Assembly (NCBI GenBank): GCA_030390025.1
Contig: CM059435.1
Location: 67,580,001 to 67,644,000, forward strand
Source: Squalus acanthias
Lineage: Eukaryota
Direction of reading: 5' to 3'
DNA: 64,000 nt
Shown: one piece after another, positions 1 through 11,878 of the stretch
How the letters are laid out: every line of letters begins with the position of its first letter
Position numbering within the stretch: the first letter of the stretch is position 1
Notes under the pieces: generated by a model
Databases searched by the model: none
What the model was told of the DNA's origin: nothing
Seen by the model: only the letters and a program-made list of their open reading frames with translations
Translations under genes and position numbers: made by a program

Positions 1-79
1 GTGGGAGAGAGAGAAAAAAAGGGGAAAAGGCACAAACCAAAAGGGTGGATAAAATGTATATATATGGCAGGGGCCGAGG

Positions 80-305
80 TTATGATCTGAAATTGTTGAA
101 CTCGATATTGAGTCCGGAAGGCTGTAAAGTGCCTAATCGGAAGATGAGGTGCTGTTCCTCGAGCTTACGCTGAGCTTCCGTGGAACAATGCAAGAGGCCG
201 AGGATGGTGAGGTCTGAGTGGGCGTGGAGCGGTGAATTAAAATGACAGGCGACCGGAAGCTCGGGGTCACCCTTACGGACTGAACGGAGGTGTTCCGCAA
301 AGCGG
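80..305 (-). mobile_element. Penelope-like element, C-terminal GIY-YIG endonuclease fragment (3' UTR continues to position 1)
   Basis: Minus-strand translation RFAEHLRSVRKGDPELPVACHFNSPLHAHSDLTILGLLHCSTEAQRKLEEQHLIFRLGTLQPSGLNIEFNNFRS*, typical of vertebrate PLE C-termini (VAxHFN, LxPxGLN). Confidence 0.85.
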
Positions 306-307
306 TT

Positions 308-405
308 GTTTCTCTCTCCACGGATGTTGCCTGACCTGCTGAGTGTTTCCAGCGCTTTCTGTTGTTATTTCAGTTTTCCAGCATCCGCAGTATTTTGCTA
401 TTGTA
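308..405 (+). mobile_element. Penelope pseudo-LTR end, inverted relative to the adjacent ORF fragment
   Basis: ctctctccacggatgttgcctgacctgctgagt...ccagcatccgcagtattttgc, nearly identical to 59216-59314. Confidence 0.75.
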
Positions 406-1329
406 TCAGCGCTAGGTGAGGTACTGGAATTCTAATAGGTTGCCCACCTTACATTCCCAATCTCTTTGTCTAGGTGGGAAAACATCAGTCCACATACCAG
501 GTCTTATAATTTAGGCTAAAACTGTAATTTAAATTTATTACCAGAAATAAGTTTGCACAGACACAAAGTATACTAGTATAAAATCAATCATACAGTAATT
601 AATTTACACTGGTACTTTGAACGGAAACCACAATGACGTGTTTGAATTCTTCCAAGTCTTTCTGGAGTCTTTTAACTAAGTCTTTAGATGATTCTTTTGT
701 GGAGTACACATTCATCAGAGAGTTCCCGCTCACTGCCACAGCATGGAAAATAAACCGAGGGAGCTGATCACCTTCGGGTTGATGCTCAGGTACATCCCTC
801 ACTTCCTTTGAAGTAGAGGCCAGCTTCTTTTGAAGGACACCTTCTGTTCATTTTCAACATGCTAGTAATTACAATATTATTTCAATCACCCAATTAGATG
901 GGGATTTGGACGGCAGCCGTGAAGTTTACTGGGTGAGGCCTAGCGAGTTTCTGACCATTATGGCACCCCTTAATGTTGTGACGGTCACAGACCATGAGCT
1001 CGGCTTTCTTCCCGCAGTGCTGGACTTGCCCACATTATCATTTCTGTGAACAAGAATCACTGGCTAGGCAACCTTGATCTAATTAGGGTTTGTTTCTGGG
1101 CAATAACATAAACAGAGGCAAGTCTCTTTCCCCAAGAGGTAGCAGTAATCTTCAGACAATATCGTGTATTGCTTAACACTCAAGCCCCAAGGCAAAGCCA
1201 AAATAGATTCTTCACAAGCAGCCGATAAGCACCATTTTAACCTGGATAAACTATAATGGATAAACTACAAGATGTATTAAAGAAATATTTTGCGATGTCA
1301 GTCAAGATGGAGCCTGTGTCAATCACTGT

Positions 1330-1510
1330 CCATCTGAAGAACTGGAAAAGCTAGATGGGTCATTTGTTTAATGTCTCTTTCAAAGAATATGACCTCCAAC
1401 AATGCAGAACTCCCTGAGTGATACACTAGGTTGTCAGCCTGGATTACGTGCTCAAAGTCTTGAGTGGGGTTTGAACCCACAACCTTCTGACTCAGGAGAC
1501 AGAATGCTAG
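1330..1510 (-). mobile_element. Degraded DeuSINE (SacSINE1-like) 5' part
   Basis: ttgaacccacaaccttctgactcag is the reverse complement of the tRNA-derived head shared with the copies at 42-43, 48.4 and 63.7 kb. Confidence 0.7.
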
Positions 1511-1834
1511 CGTGAGAAGTAGACATTTTAGGTAATAACAAAATCTTTATTACTGAGTTTATGTGGTGAAGCTGGTAGTCCTAATCAGACAGAGAATACC
1601 TAGCTCCCTGCAGTGAGTCGATTCCACTGCTGATGAGAGAGCCAATTTGCATTGACAAAATCCTCTAAGATTGTTGAGTGCTAGGTAATCTGAGCAGATA
1701 TGGAAATATTAGCTTGAGATCATCCAATTTGCAGTGTGTCCAGAGTGAAGACTGCACGAAACCCAGTGCTGGAGCAGTGAGTTGTCATATCAGTGTGCCT
1801 GTGGGGTGGAGGCAGTGTTTACACCACCAACTTA

Positions 1835-1910
1835 ACCACATAATCTGGCCTGAAACTCCGATGCAGTACTGAGGGAGTTCTGCATTGTCGGAGGTGCCGT
1901 CCTTCAGATA
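1835..1910 (+). mobile_element. DeuSINE internal fragment
   Basis: gcagtactgagggagttctgcattgtcggaggtgccgtc matches the other copies. Confidence 0.65.
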
Positions 1911-3139
1911 AAACTAGGGCTGCATCTGGTTGTTCCTTGGTTCTGCTGGAATCCTGTGTCACCTCATGAAATGTTTCCATTTGTCTTGTTCTCCTGAAGT
2001 TGTAGCCGCATACCAGATGAAACTTGTTTCAAGTACTGGCACTGAGAACACCAAGCCCAGTCAGTGCATGCCAATTTTGTGGAACGTAATCAAGTGCAGA
2101 TTGTTAACCTGTGGGTAGAGACTGTGCCCAGGTTCCCATTGATGGAAGAATTGGAGAAGTCCATGGTACCCGTATTTATGCTCGCTCTGGAAGTAAATTG
2201 AAGCACTTAATTAAAAGGACAAGTTTGTACAAAGAGCCGAGACTTGAGCTCTGTAATGTCATTTACTGTAAATAAAATGTTCAAATTTTAAAATTAAAAA
2301 AAAATTAAAAGGACAATCCAGTAGTAGCTGCCTCAGCTGTTGCCTGATCAGCATTGTATAGGATAATTGCTGACTCCCATTGCCATATCAGGGACAATTA
2401 ACCAGCAGTCAGTATGCCAAGCCTCAAATTATAACAGTATATTCTCAAGGATTGTCTACTGTGTGCATTCCGAGACATGCCATCCAAGTTGTGTTGACAT
2501 CTGTGTTTCTTTTTACAAATAATGTATTTTTGCCTTAGGCTTTCCTTTAACTGTCATTCAATTGAAATTGAGCAACAAATGGTGAAGCTATCAAGTGGAA
2601 GCATATAGGCCAAGGGCCTCAAAGCTTTATCGAAACCTCAATTGCATCCCGTTCTCCATAAATGACTGGACGTTGGTTAATAAGCCACTTGCCACATGAC
2701 TCCTTTGATCAGTTGTCATTTGGAAAGTGTCAGGAGCGTCAGGTACGGTCATGTTCTATTCAGTCATGGTGGCAAATAGAAGGTCGTGTTGGATTTTAAA
2801 GGATTGGAAACTTTGCACGACGGGTCGAACAAAGGGGAATCCAATTGCTCATTACGTTTGCTGCTTGCTGGATGAATGTTTTTTGTACATTGGGTGATCA
2901 GTGGTTTTCTGATGACCAGTAACTGCATCCACCATTGACAGCAGCAACTGTTAATTATAATCCATTACATCCAGTAATGAGTTGCATTGTGTGTCCTGTG
3001 TGCAGTTTAACAACTTGTTTCACCACCTCCGAGCCAGCACTTCTCCTTCAACATCTTGTATCACTCTGCCATTCAGGAAACCCGACTAAACTATTCACAT
3101 TAGAAACCCAGTCTCGCCTTCGGTGGGCTATCGCGCACA

Positions 3140-3530
3140 GTTTTTACCTCCTCTCCCAAGAGCACTACGTGAACCAGGTGCCCTCTGGTACCTCGCCAAG
3201 TGCCCATTTTTCATGTTTGAGATGAGACACCGAGTCTCGGAAAGCTATTCCTCCAGAGAAGTATCGCAGCTGTGGTTAATCTTTTCCTTGCCAAGCAGCG
3301 CTTCCAGCAGAGGGTCACTGGTGGATAGCAATTAGGAGTCGGAACTCTGGCTAATGTATTCCTCCCTTCCACCCCCCGCCACACCTGCTCCCTTCTCAGC
3401 CCAGGGGAACTGAGGCCAATTGTCACGCCATCACCGCTGCCCAGCTCGCCCAGCACAGACCGAAAATCAACTCTGGAACACACTGGTCGACATTGCTGCC
3501 CACTGCATTGTGCAGCCCCTTAAACACCGT
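3140..3530 (-). mobile_element. Old SINE-like interspersed repeat (unnamed family, several copies in window)
   Basis: Shares blocks ccaagtgccca..ttcatg, ccagcagagggtcactgg and cccaggggaactgaggccaattgt with 4700-5030 and, in reverse complement, with 53150-53415. Confidence 0.5.
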
Positions 3531-4699
3531 GCGGGGTATTCTCTGACAACCTTACCTGAAAGGAAATAGAACTAAGTGTAGTTCGTCGTGGTGCTCGGTT
3601 CTACATTTACAACTCGTGTATCAAATTAAAGAAAAATCTGATCACGGAAATTATTTAGGCAAAAGCCCCCAGTTCTGTGTGCTGATTTTAGGGAAGTATT
3701 GGTGCCCCGTCCTGTGAGTCGTACCTGGACATTTAAACACCGCTATTTATCCTGGGGCCAGCGTTAGTTTGTAGCAGAATTTCAGCTGGTAATGAAAATA
3801 GCAGTTTAAAGGAAAACAAGGGCAAGCTGCAGCACGGTAGCAGGATGATCAGAGCTTTTTATTGAAGAATTATTGACAGTAACGAGGGTGCAAATCCATT
3901 TATGTTCACAGATGGAGTGGGGCAAGGCGAAAATCCCAGCATGATTAGTCGGTGTCTGTCTTGATCATCTTCTCTGTATATCATTAAACACTGACCCCTG
4001 TCGTATCGCTGCTTGTGCAGCTTGTACTGAAGGCTGTGCTGAGCGTCATTGATGCAGAAATGGTAAAGGCCAAATAAAACGGGATGCGTAGCACGAGGTG
4101 ATGAAGGAGAGTTCTGTGAATACATTCAGAAGTAGCTATGACATACTACCATTAATGTAAAGTATGACCAGTCCTCTGTGCAGTTAAACTGTGCGACTGT
4201 AGCTGCTTAAACTCCCAACGGTGCCCCTCTCCTAGACACACTTGGGTGGGAAGGGTCCCTGAGCCTCATTTCTTGCCAACTTGCAGCTAAATCCTCTGGG
4301 ATTAAGTAGGTCACCAGAGAGAGAGAGAGAGAGAGAGTACACGCTCCATATCAGTAAATAAGAATGCTGTCTGTATAGATTGCTCAGGATTTCAGTTTGA
4401 GGTAAGTGTGGGTCTCTGCATGCGTCAGACCCCTGATCGATCGAAGAGGAAACAGAAAATATTAAAATAAAATCAACATCATCTTTACTGGAATAAACTG
4501 TTACGGGAAGGCTATTCCACTGACGGAGAAATTGAGCAGCCTATCAACTTTGGATTGTTGGTCCTTTGTGGAAGGGAATTTTAAACTTGCTTGTGGTGGG
4601 GTGGATTCAAAACCCACTAGTGAAAGCATGCAATATTTTGCAGTTTTATAAACCACAACATAAAATTGGAAGACCTTTTTCTTCCAATTTGCTCCCTGT

Positions 4700-5030
4700 T
4701 TCCCTCTCCATTTCCCGAAGGAGCTCCGCTCCCCACTAGTGTACAGTTCCTCGGCCTTTCCGTGCCTCACCCAAGTGGCCATTTCCCCATGTATGCGCCT
4801 GCCCAGTTGAGTGTCAGCATGCTGTTCTGCTCTGTAGGGCATCACGGTCAAGCTCGAACCTTTCCTCGCTCAACATTCACACCCAGGCGCTTCCCAGTAG
4901 GGGTCACTGGATGATGACCAGGCACAGGAACGCTGGCCAGTTCGTACCTCTGCCCCCGAGCCCAGGGGCAGTGGAGCCAATCATAATGCCCCAGCGACTT
5001 CCCAGCTGAGATCAGTAAATTGGCCATCTT
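4700..5030 (-). mobile_element. Old SINE-like repeat, same unnamed family
   Basis: cccaagtggccatt, ccagtaggggtcactggat, cccaggggcagtggagccaat and gctgagatcag blocks. Confidence 0.5.
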
Positions 5031-5279
5031 CGCACAGGTTGGTTCATGCACCATAAAACTCTCATCAAGTCCAATTTAAAATCCTAGCTTTATACATCTT
5101 CAGCTTTAATGGCCAATTTATGTTTCTCCCCCTGTTGTCAGATGACTTCATTCATTGTTGAGTTGGGCAAGATGTCCAATAGGATTGCTGCTATTTGTTA
5201 GTCCCGTTGGACGTCTACACGTGATTCAAGAGGTTCAGGTGGGACAATTTATGAATACTGTACAATAAAAGTACAAAGA

Positions 5280-5408
5280 AAGAACAAGGAAAAATTTGCA
5301 GGGCTCTGGAGAAAGAGTAGAGGAATGGGACTAACGGGATAGCTCTTTCCAAGAGCTGGCACAGGCAGCATAGGCCGAATGGCCTCCTACGCTGTAAGAT
5401 TCTATGAA
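5280..5408 (+). mobile_element. CR1 LINE 3' end
   Basis: CR1-type tail ggccgaatggcctcct...gattctatga. Confidence 0.75.
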
Positions 5409-6261
5409 CAAAGACAGTTGATTGAACCAGCGGTCTAGTCAGTTCTTCCTTGACCCACTTGACCATTAGGGGGAGCTCTCTGAAGGAAGTTTCTAGCTGG
5501 GAGATCAGAAAATGGATAATAGACTTAGCTTAATCTTTTTCACCACAGTTAGTTGTAATTAGACCTTTGAATCTCTACTCTGTGACAGTAACTCCAAGAT
5601 ATTGCTCCAGCCATGATGCTTTTTTTTCATTCACCTTCTCGGACTCTGCAAGAGGGATTTAATCAGGCAGCAGCCAGCTGCATCAGATTGAAAAATAGAT
5701 TAGAATTAGAAATTAAAATTTTACTTTGATCAAAGGACGGCACGGCATAATTCCCTTGTCCATAGCACGTGCATGCAACTTTAATACCTAATATATGGGT
5801 GTATATGTATTATTTAAGTGTTCATTACCCAGGCAATATGCACAGGCCCTTCATCTTAAGTCCGTCAAAATTACCATCATTTTCAAAGAGTAACTCGATT
5901 ACTTCTTGAGGTTGAAGAGAGAGATTCTGATAATTTGAAATGATGTCATCCCAGCTGTTGAGAATGTGACAGTGTGTCAAGATAGTTGAGTTAAAATAAA
6001 ACTGGGGTTGATGCCCAGGAACTGGGTGCTAAATGTAGAAGTTCTGTGGGTCCAGAATTTGCAGATGCTGAGATACTTTATGGTCACACACTCAAAATAT
6101 CTTTTGGAAATATAAATTAGGAGGAACTCAAGAAATCCTAATCATTTCTTGACTCTTGGGATTTACATTGTTCTTTCCCTTTATAAGCCCTTGGAGCGAT
6201 GGGATAAAAATGATATTTTCCATGTGTTTTTGTGCTGAATGACCCCAGTGCTGGAGAGAGT

Positions 6262-6664
6262 CACAACAAGGTCAGGTAGAGCATCACTGGGAACAAGTGT
6301 TTCCAGGTCAGTCACAGCATATCTAGGTACAAATGTTCCCAGGTCAGTTATAGCATAGCCAGCTACAAGTGTTCCCAAGTCAGGTAGAGCATAGCCAGGA
6401 ACACTTGTTCCCAGGTCAGGTAGAGCATAGCCAGCTACAAGTGTTCCCAGGTCAGGTAGAGCATGGCCAAGAACACGTGTTCCCAGGTCAGGTAGAGCAT
6501 GGCCAGGAACAAGTGTTCCCAGGTCAGGTAAAGCATAGCCAAGAACAAGTATTCCCAGGTCAGGTAGAGCATGGTCAAGAACAAGTATTCTCAGGTCAGG
6601 TAGAGCATGGCCAGGAACACTTGTTCCCAGGTCAGGTAGAGCATAGCCAGGAACAAGTGTTCCT
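6262..6664. repeat. Minisatellite, 36-bp unit GTTCCCAGGTCAGGTAGAGCATAGCCAGGAACAAGT, about 11 copies
   Basis: Direct tandem repetition; 12-aa periodicity in the overlapping ORFs. Confidence 0.95.
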
Positions 6665-6740
6665 CGATCATTTCTTCTCTTGCCCCCTCTCAGTGTGGTT
6701 TCCTGTTTATCTCTAATGGTGAATAGATTCATGCCTTTTC

Positions 6741-6754
6741 CCACTAGGGGGCTG
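6741..6754 (+). promoter_or_regulatory. Candidate CTCF core motif
   Basis: CCACTAGGGGGCTG fits the CCASYAGRKGGC core; motif match only. Confidence 0.35.
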
Positions 6755-6766
6755 AGTTTGGACTGC

Positions 6767-8590
6767 ACATAAGAACATTAGAAATAGGAGCAGGAGTAGG
6801 CCATTTGGCCCCTCGAGCCTGCTCCGCCATTTAATGAGATCATGGCTGATCTGATCTTGGGCTCAGCTCCATTTCCCTGCCCACTCCCCATAACCCATCA
6901 CTCCCTTCTTGTTCAAAAATCTTAAATATATTCAATGACCCAGCCTCCACAGCTCTCTGGGGCAGAGAATTCCACAGATTTACGACCCTCTCAGAGAAGA
7001 AATTCCTCCTCATCTCAGTTTTAAATGGGCGACCCCTTATTCTGAAACTATGCCCCCTAGTTCTAGATTCCCCCATGAGGGGAAACATCTTCTCTGCATC
7101 TACCTTGTTGAGCCCCCTCAGTATCTTACATGTTTCAATAAGATCACCTCTCATTCTTCTAAACTCCAATGAGTATAGGCCCAACCTGCTCAAACTTTCT
7201 TCATAAGTCAACCACTTCATCTCAGGAATCAACCTCGTGCACCTTCTCTGAACTGCCTCCAATGCAAGTATATCTCTCCTTTAAATAAGGAGACCAAAAC
7301 TGCACGCAGTACTCCAAGTGTGGTCTCACCAATACCCTGTACAGTTGCACCGCACAAAGGGGAGGAGAAGCATCCAGGAAGGCGCCGAACACCTTGAGTC
7401 TCTTCGCCGGGAGCAAGCGGAAGCCAAGCACAAACAGCGGAAGGAGCGCATGTCAACCCAAGCACCCCAACCACCTGCCCCTTCAACCACCGTCTGCCCC
7501 ACCTGTGACAGAGACTGTAGGTCTCGCATTGGACTCATCAGTCACCTGAGAACTCATTTTTAGTGTGGAAGCAAGCCATCTTCGGTTCCGAGGGACTGCC
7601 TAAGAAGAAGTATAGTTATAGCAGGAGTTCCCTGCTTTTATACTCCAACCCCCTTGCAATAAAGGCCAACATTCCATTTGTCTTCCTGCTTACTTGCTGT
7701 ACCTGCATGCTAACTTTTTGTGTTTCATGCACCAGGACCCTCAGGTCCCTCTGTACTGCATCATTTTGTAATCTTTCACCATTTAAATAATAATTTGCTT
7801 TTTTATTTTTCTTATGAAAGTGGATAGCCTCACACTTTCCCACATTATACTCTATCTGCCAAATGTTTTCCCACTCATTTAGCCAGGCTATATCCCTTTG
7901 CAGATTCTTTGATTTGTCCAATCAATATGAAGATTAAAATCGCCCATGATTATTGCTGTACCTTTCTTACAAGCCTCCATTATTTCTTGATTTATGCTCT
8001 GTCCAACTGTGTAGCTACTGTTAGGGGGCCTATAGACTATGCCCACCAGTGACTTATTTCCCTTACTATTTCTTATCTCCACCCAAACTGATTCTACATC
8101 TTGCTCTTCTGAGCCAATATCATTTCTCACTACTGCACTGATCTCATCCTTTATTAACAGAGCTACCCCACCTCCTTTTCCTTTCTGTCTATCCTTCCGA
8201 AATGTCAAGTACCCCTTAATATTCTGTTCCCAGCCTTGGTCGCCTTGTAACCACGTCTCTGTAATGGCGATCAGATCTTACCCATTTATATCTATTTGTG
8301 CCGTCAACTCATCTATCTTGTTACGAATGCTGCGTGCATTCAGATAAAGAGCTTTTAATTTTGTCTTTTTACTATTTTTCCGTGCTTTGACCCCACTTTC
8401 TGATGCACTCTTATTTTTATATGTTCTGTCCCTTCCTGTCACACTCTGGTTACCATTACCCCCATCGCTACCCTGCTCTATTGCCTTCTCCGTTCTCTTT
8501 GACTTTTTAAATTCCCGCTCACCTGGACCCTCCCCCCCCCCTCCCCCCACTATTTAGTTTAAAGCCCTCTCTACAGCCCTAGTTATTCAT
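6767..8590 (-). mobile_element. CR1 LINE remnant: APE endonuclease N-terminus fused by internal deletion to RT C-terminus and 3' UTR, interrupted by an RTE
   Basis: ORF fragments LYLNARSIRNK, GGGVALL..VGIVYRPP..IMGDFN, LVRPHLEYCVQFWSP and LEFRRMRGDLIE..RVVNLWNSLP; CR1 tail at the left end. Confidence 0.92.
7348..7610 (+). mobile_element. RTE-clade LINE 3' end nested in CR1
   Basis: C-terminal CPTCDRDCRSRIGLISHLRTHF*, short UTR, (AAG)n tail; degenerate TSD tacagttg/tatagtta. Confidence 0.8.
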
Positions 8591-8789
8591 TGTACATGTA
8601 TTGCTTATGGCTAGTGTTTAGAAACGTTCAATGCTGTGTTTTATAAATGGATCCCCACAAAAAGCAGACAGTTGAACAATAATTCATCTCCGTACAACAG
8701 CAGAAAGATGGCCCGTCTGAAGACTTCCCGTTGAGAGCACGATATATTTGTTGAAGACAATCGTCTATATTCAATGCATAGAAGTAGAG

Positions 8790-9090
8790 GGCCTCCACCT
8801 TTCCCCAACCCCCAGTTTTCTCATGCTTCCTCTCCTCGTGGAGGTGGTGGCCCAGTGGAACCTCAGCGAAGTAGTCATTCTTTACTTCTGAATACGGACG
8901 GGGAGTGTCAGCAGACTGTTTGACTTTGGGGCCACTTAACGGCCAATTCTGATCCTTTCCTCACCCGGCCTTGGTTGTAATGCCCACCCCTCCGCCCTGT
9001 AATTGCCAATGCTCCTGGTCAAAGCTCACATATGAAGAATGTCCACTGGGGCTAGACACCGGCGAGTTACCCGTGGTGATGGAATCGCAC
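8790..9090. mobile_element. Two oppositely oriented fragments of the unnamed old SINE-like family
   Basis: Minus copy (aagtagtcattcttt..gagtgtcagcagactgtttgac) abuts plus copy (gctcacatatgaagaatgtccactggg). Confidence 0.45.
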
Positions 9091-10694
9091 AAAGACTCAG
9101 TGACTTCAGAGGAAGAGGGGAGAGAATGGGCTGAAAATGGAGAGCAGAATACAAGCCCCATTGACACTCTCTGGGCATTGCGGTTGAGGATTGTTAAGGG
9201 GCTTTGATTCTGCGAGACAAATTAATACTTGTTATTGTTCAGTCTTTTCCCCTCCCCCCCCATCCTAATCAAGGAGAGGGATGTTAGTATTGGGGCAAGG
9301 AATACATGTTTTCACGGTGCTGGATTGAAGCACTCCCAGGCCAACACATTCTTGCTCTTTGAGAGCTGCTGTTTACTCAACTGCGACAGGAGTATGTTAG
9401 CATCTTAATGGCTAATTACTAATTTCCCTCTCTGTCACTGCATTTCTATTTTGAAGTGACCTATTTGTGTACACATTAATGTTTTCAATATCTTGTGTTT
9501 TGGCGCAAACGATTTGGGCATTGAACACGAGTCCCTTCTCACGGATGGCCGGTCAAAGGTTGCAAATGTGCGCAGACTTCAGGTCACAAAGCCTACCCGG
9601 AATTTGACATCCAATTTGTCACTGCAGCTGCTGGGCGGCGATGGAAATGTCAATGGGTATCGCCGGAGATGCTCCTCATGCACCAGCATCGAGCTGCAGT
9701 CAGAGCTGGTTAAAATGAAGAGGATCTTCAGGAGAGATTTGGTTGCTTTGTGTCCCTGTGACCATCTCGTGGACTTCAAAACGATGCTGTGTGAAATTCC
9801 TCCCTCTGCTATATTAAGGGGGGTCCCAACATGTTAAAATAAACACACCAACATCTCCGATGAAATAACGGAGGAAGGAGTTTCATCCGAATGTATATAC
9901 GTTGGTATCCCACCGTGTTATTTCAAGTGTTGTATTTTGTGATCGTAACTTTCACAATGGTTCAAAAATGCAAGGAGCTGACTGTAGTCTTGTGTCTCAT
10001 TAATAAACTTCTTAACTGTGGGTGGAAGCAAACTAGATTTACACATTCTACATTGAAAATATTTCCAAATGATCGTATCCTAGCTTCCTTTCCAGCACGC
10101 TGTGCTGTAGTGCCTGCAGGCGATGTGTGAGCAGAGCTTGAGTGTTGTTGTCATTGGTGATGTTTAATTGCTTTAGAAAGGGAAGTTATTGCCAGTAGTA
10201 ACCCTATCAGCTTTTCACTGTCTCGTCTTCCCACCTCAGGCAGTATTTAATTAACGGCTGTCCGATTAACCAGATCTGGATGCTGCTCAGCTCCCGCAAA
10301 AAAATCGCACAATGAATTTGTTAGGCACCCAACTGACTCGGATCCTCAGAAATCGGAATAGACTGTGAAATTGTTGACTGTAAATTAAAAATTGGTATCA
10401 TGCGCTGAGTTGTCACCGGTGTGTGAATGAATGCCAAACAAATCCAGCGGTAATTAGGAATGTAGCAGCAGTCAGAGTGGGACAACGCCACAGAATGCAT
10501 AAGGGATGTAGTAATCTAAAAAGGCGAGTGCTGATCCAGGGGGTGTTTATACTGCAATTTCAGCACCTCGGTTTAACTGTGAGCAGAACAGCAATCAGCA
10601 GTTTGACTCTGTAGAGCACTCCAGACTGTACAGTGAAACAGTTGGAGGCGTCACTCCTGAGGTGGAACCTCATTGGTGTAAGGTAGTTATAGTA

Positions 10695-11118
10695 ACAGAG
10701 AAGCAAACAGGAGTCGGCCATTCAGCTCCTCGAGCCTGTTCCGCCAATCAACTAAATCATGGCTGATCAAAATACCAACTCCATTTACCTGGCTTGGTTC
10801 CATTTCCCTTAATAACCTTACCTAACAAAAATCTATCAATCTCAGCCTTGAGTTTGTCAATTGACCCAGCCTCAAGAGTTTTTTGGAGGAGAGAGTTCCA
10901 GATTTCACCAGAATGATACCCGGGGCTAAAAGGATTAAATTATGAGGACAGGTTGCGTAGACTAGGCTTGTATTCCCTTGAATATGAAATATTAAGGGGT
11001 GACCAAATTGATGTGTATAAGATGATCAAAGGAGTTGATAGGGTAGATAGAGAGAAACTATTTCCTCAGGTAGGGGGAGTCCAGAACACTCGGGCACAAC
11101 CTTAAAGTTAGAGCTAGC
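10695..11118 (-). mobile_element. CR1 3' fragment with inverted 5' segment
   Basis: 10695-10908 is the minus-strand CR1 3' end; 10904-11118 is a plus-strand RT C-terminal region (FTRMIPGLKGLNYEDRL). Confidence 0.8.
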
Positions 11119-11124
11119 CGCAGG

Positions 11125-11533
11125 GAGCTAACCTCCAGGATCTTCACAGCAGGCGGCTATGGCTTCTACCCTAAGTTGGTGGGGTCCTTTTTCTCATAAG
11201 CAGGTCGGGTCCTGATGATATCATCGGGAGTTGACTGCAATTTTTAATTTCTTGTGGGACGAGGAGGAGCGGGAATGCTCCTCCAGGCCCCATAAGGAAA
11301 TTTTGAGCCTCTGCTGCCCCTTCCTCCCCCCCCACCAATTGCGAGAGACCCCCATGGGACGGCCTGGCAGTCGATCATGCAGACTTTACCTGCGCTTGGT
11401 GGACGACCACCGGGCTGTGCGAATTTGCGCCGCTTCCTGTCCTGAACGGGTGGGACGTTGGCCAGCGGTATTTAAATGAGGCCCCGGAGTTTTGAACTGA
11501 CGTTTGCCGAAAACTGAGTTAAAATCGGGGCCT
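11125..11533. mobile_element. GC-rich non-autonomous DNA transposon (MITE) remnant, same family as 57830-58422
   Basis: Shared blocks ttcttgtggg..aggagc..ccataaggaa and ggccagcgg.atttaaat.agg, and terminus gagttaaaatcggggcc. Confidence 0.6.
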
Positions 11534-11827
11534 TTGAACAGGGTACGGTCTTTGGAAGCATGACACGTGTTCAGATCATTGTGAGTCCTTTGCCCTTGCA
11601 GCGTTTGGCACAGCCCAACCCATGGCCCAGAAGTTGACTTCTTGTATTTTATTTACTGTATTTGTTCCTTTTTAATACAAGATTATAACATATAGTTCAT
11701 TGTTTAGGGATTTAATGTTTGAGGGGGTCATCTTACTTACAAGTCATTTTGGTGAATGACTAACTCACGCGGGAATGCGTTCACCCACTCCAGCTGTTCT
11801 GCATATTCTGACTTTCCGCGCCACTCA

Positions 11828-11878
11828 CCACTCCCCGTCTCAAACTCTCCATCTCCCAGTCCCCGTCTCAGACTCTCC
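11828..11878. repeat. Two copies of the 28-bp minisatellite unit left of MITE A
   Basis: ccccgtctcaaactctccatctcccagtccccgtctcagactctcc, the same unit as 12967-13499. Confidence 0.85.

Noticed and set aside
6181-6768. 36-bp and 35-bp repeats (also 20775-21236) as CRISPR arrays or repeat proteins
   Set aside because: Units are head-to-tail with no unique spacers, there are no cas genes, and the context is a vertebrate intron.
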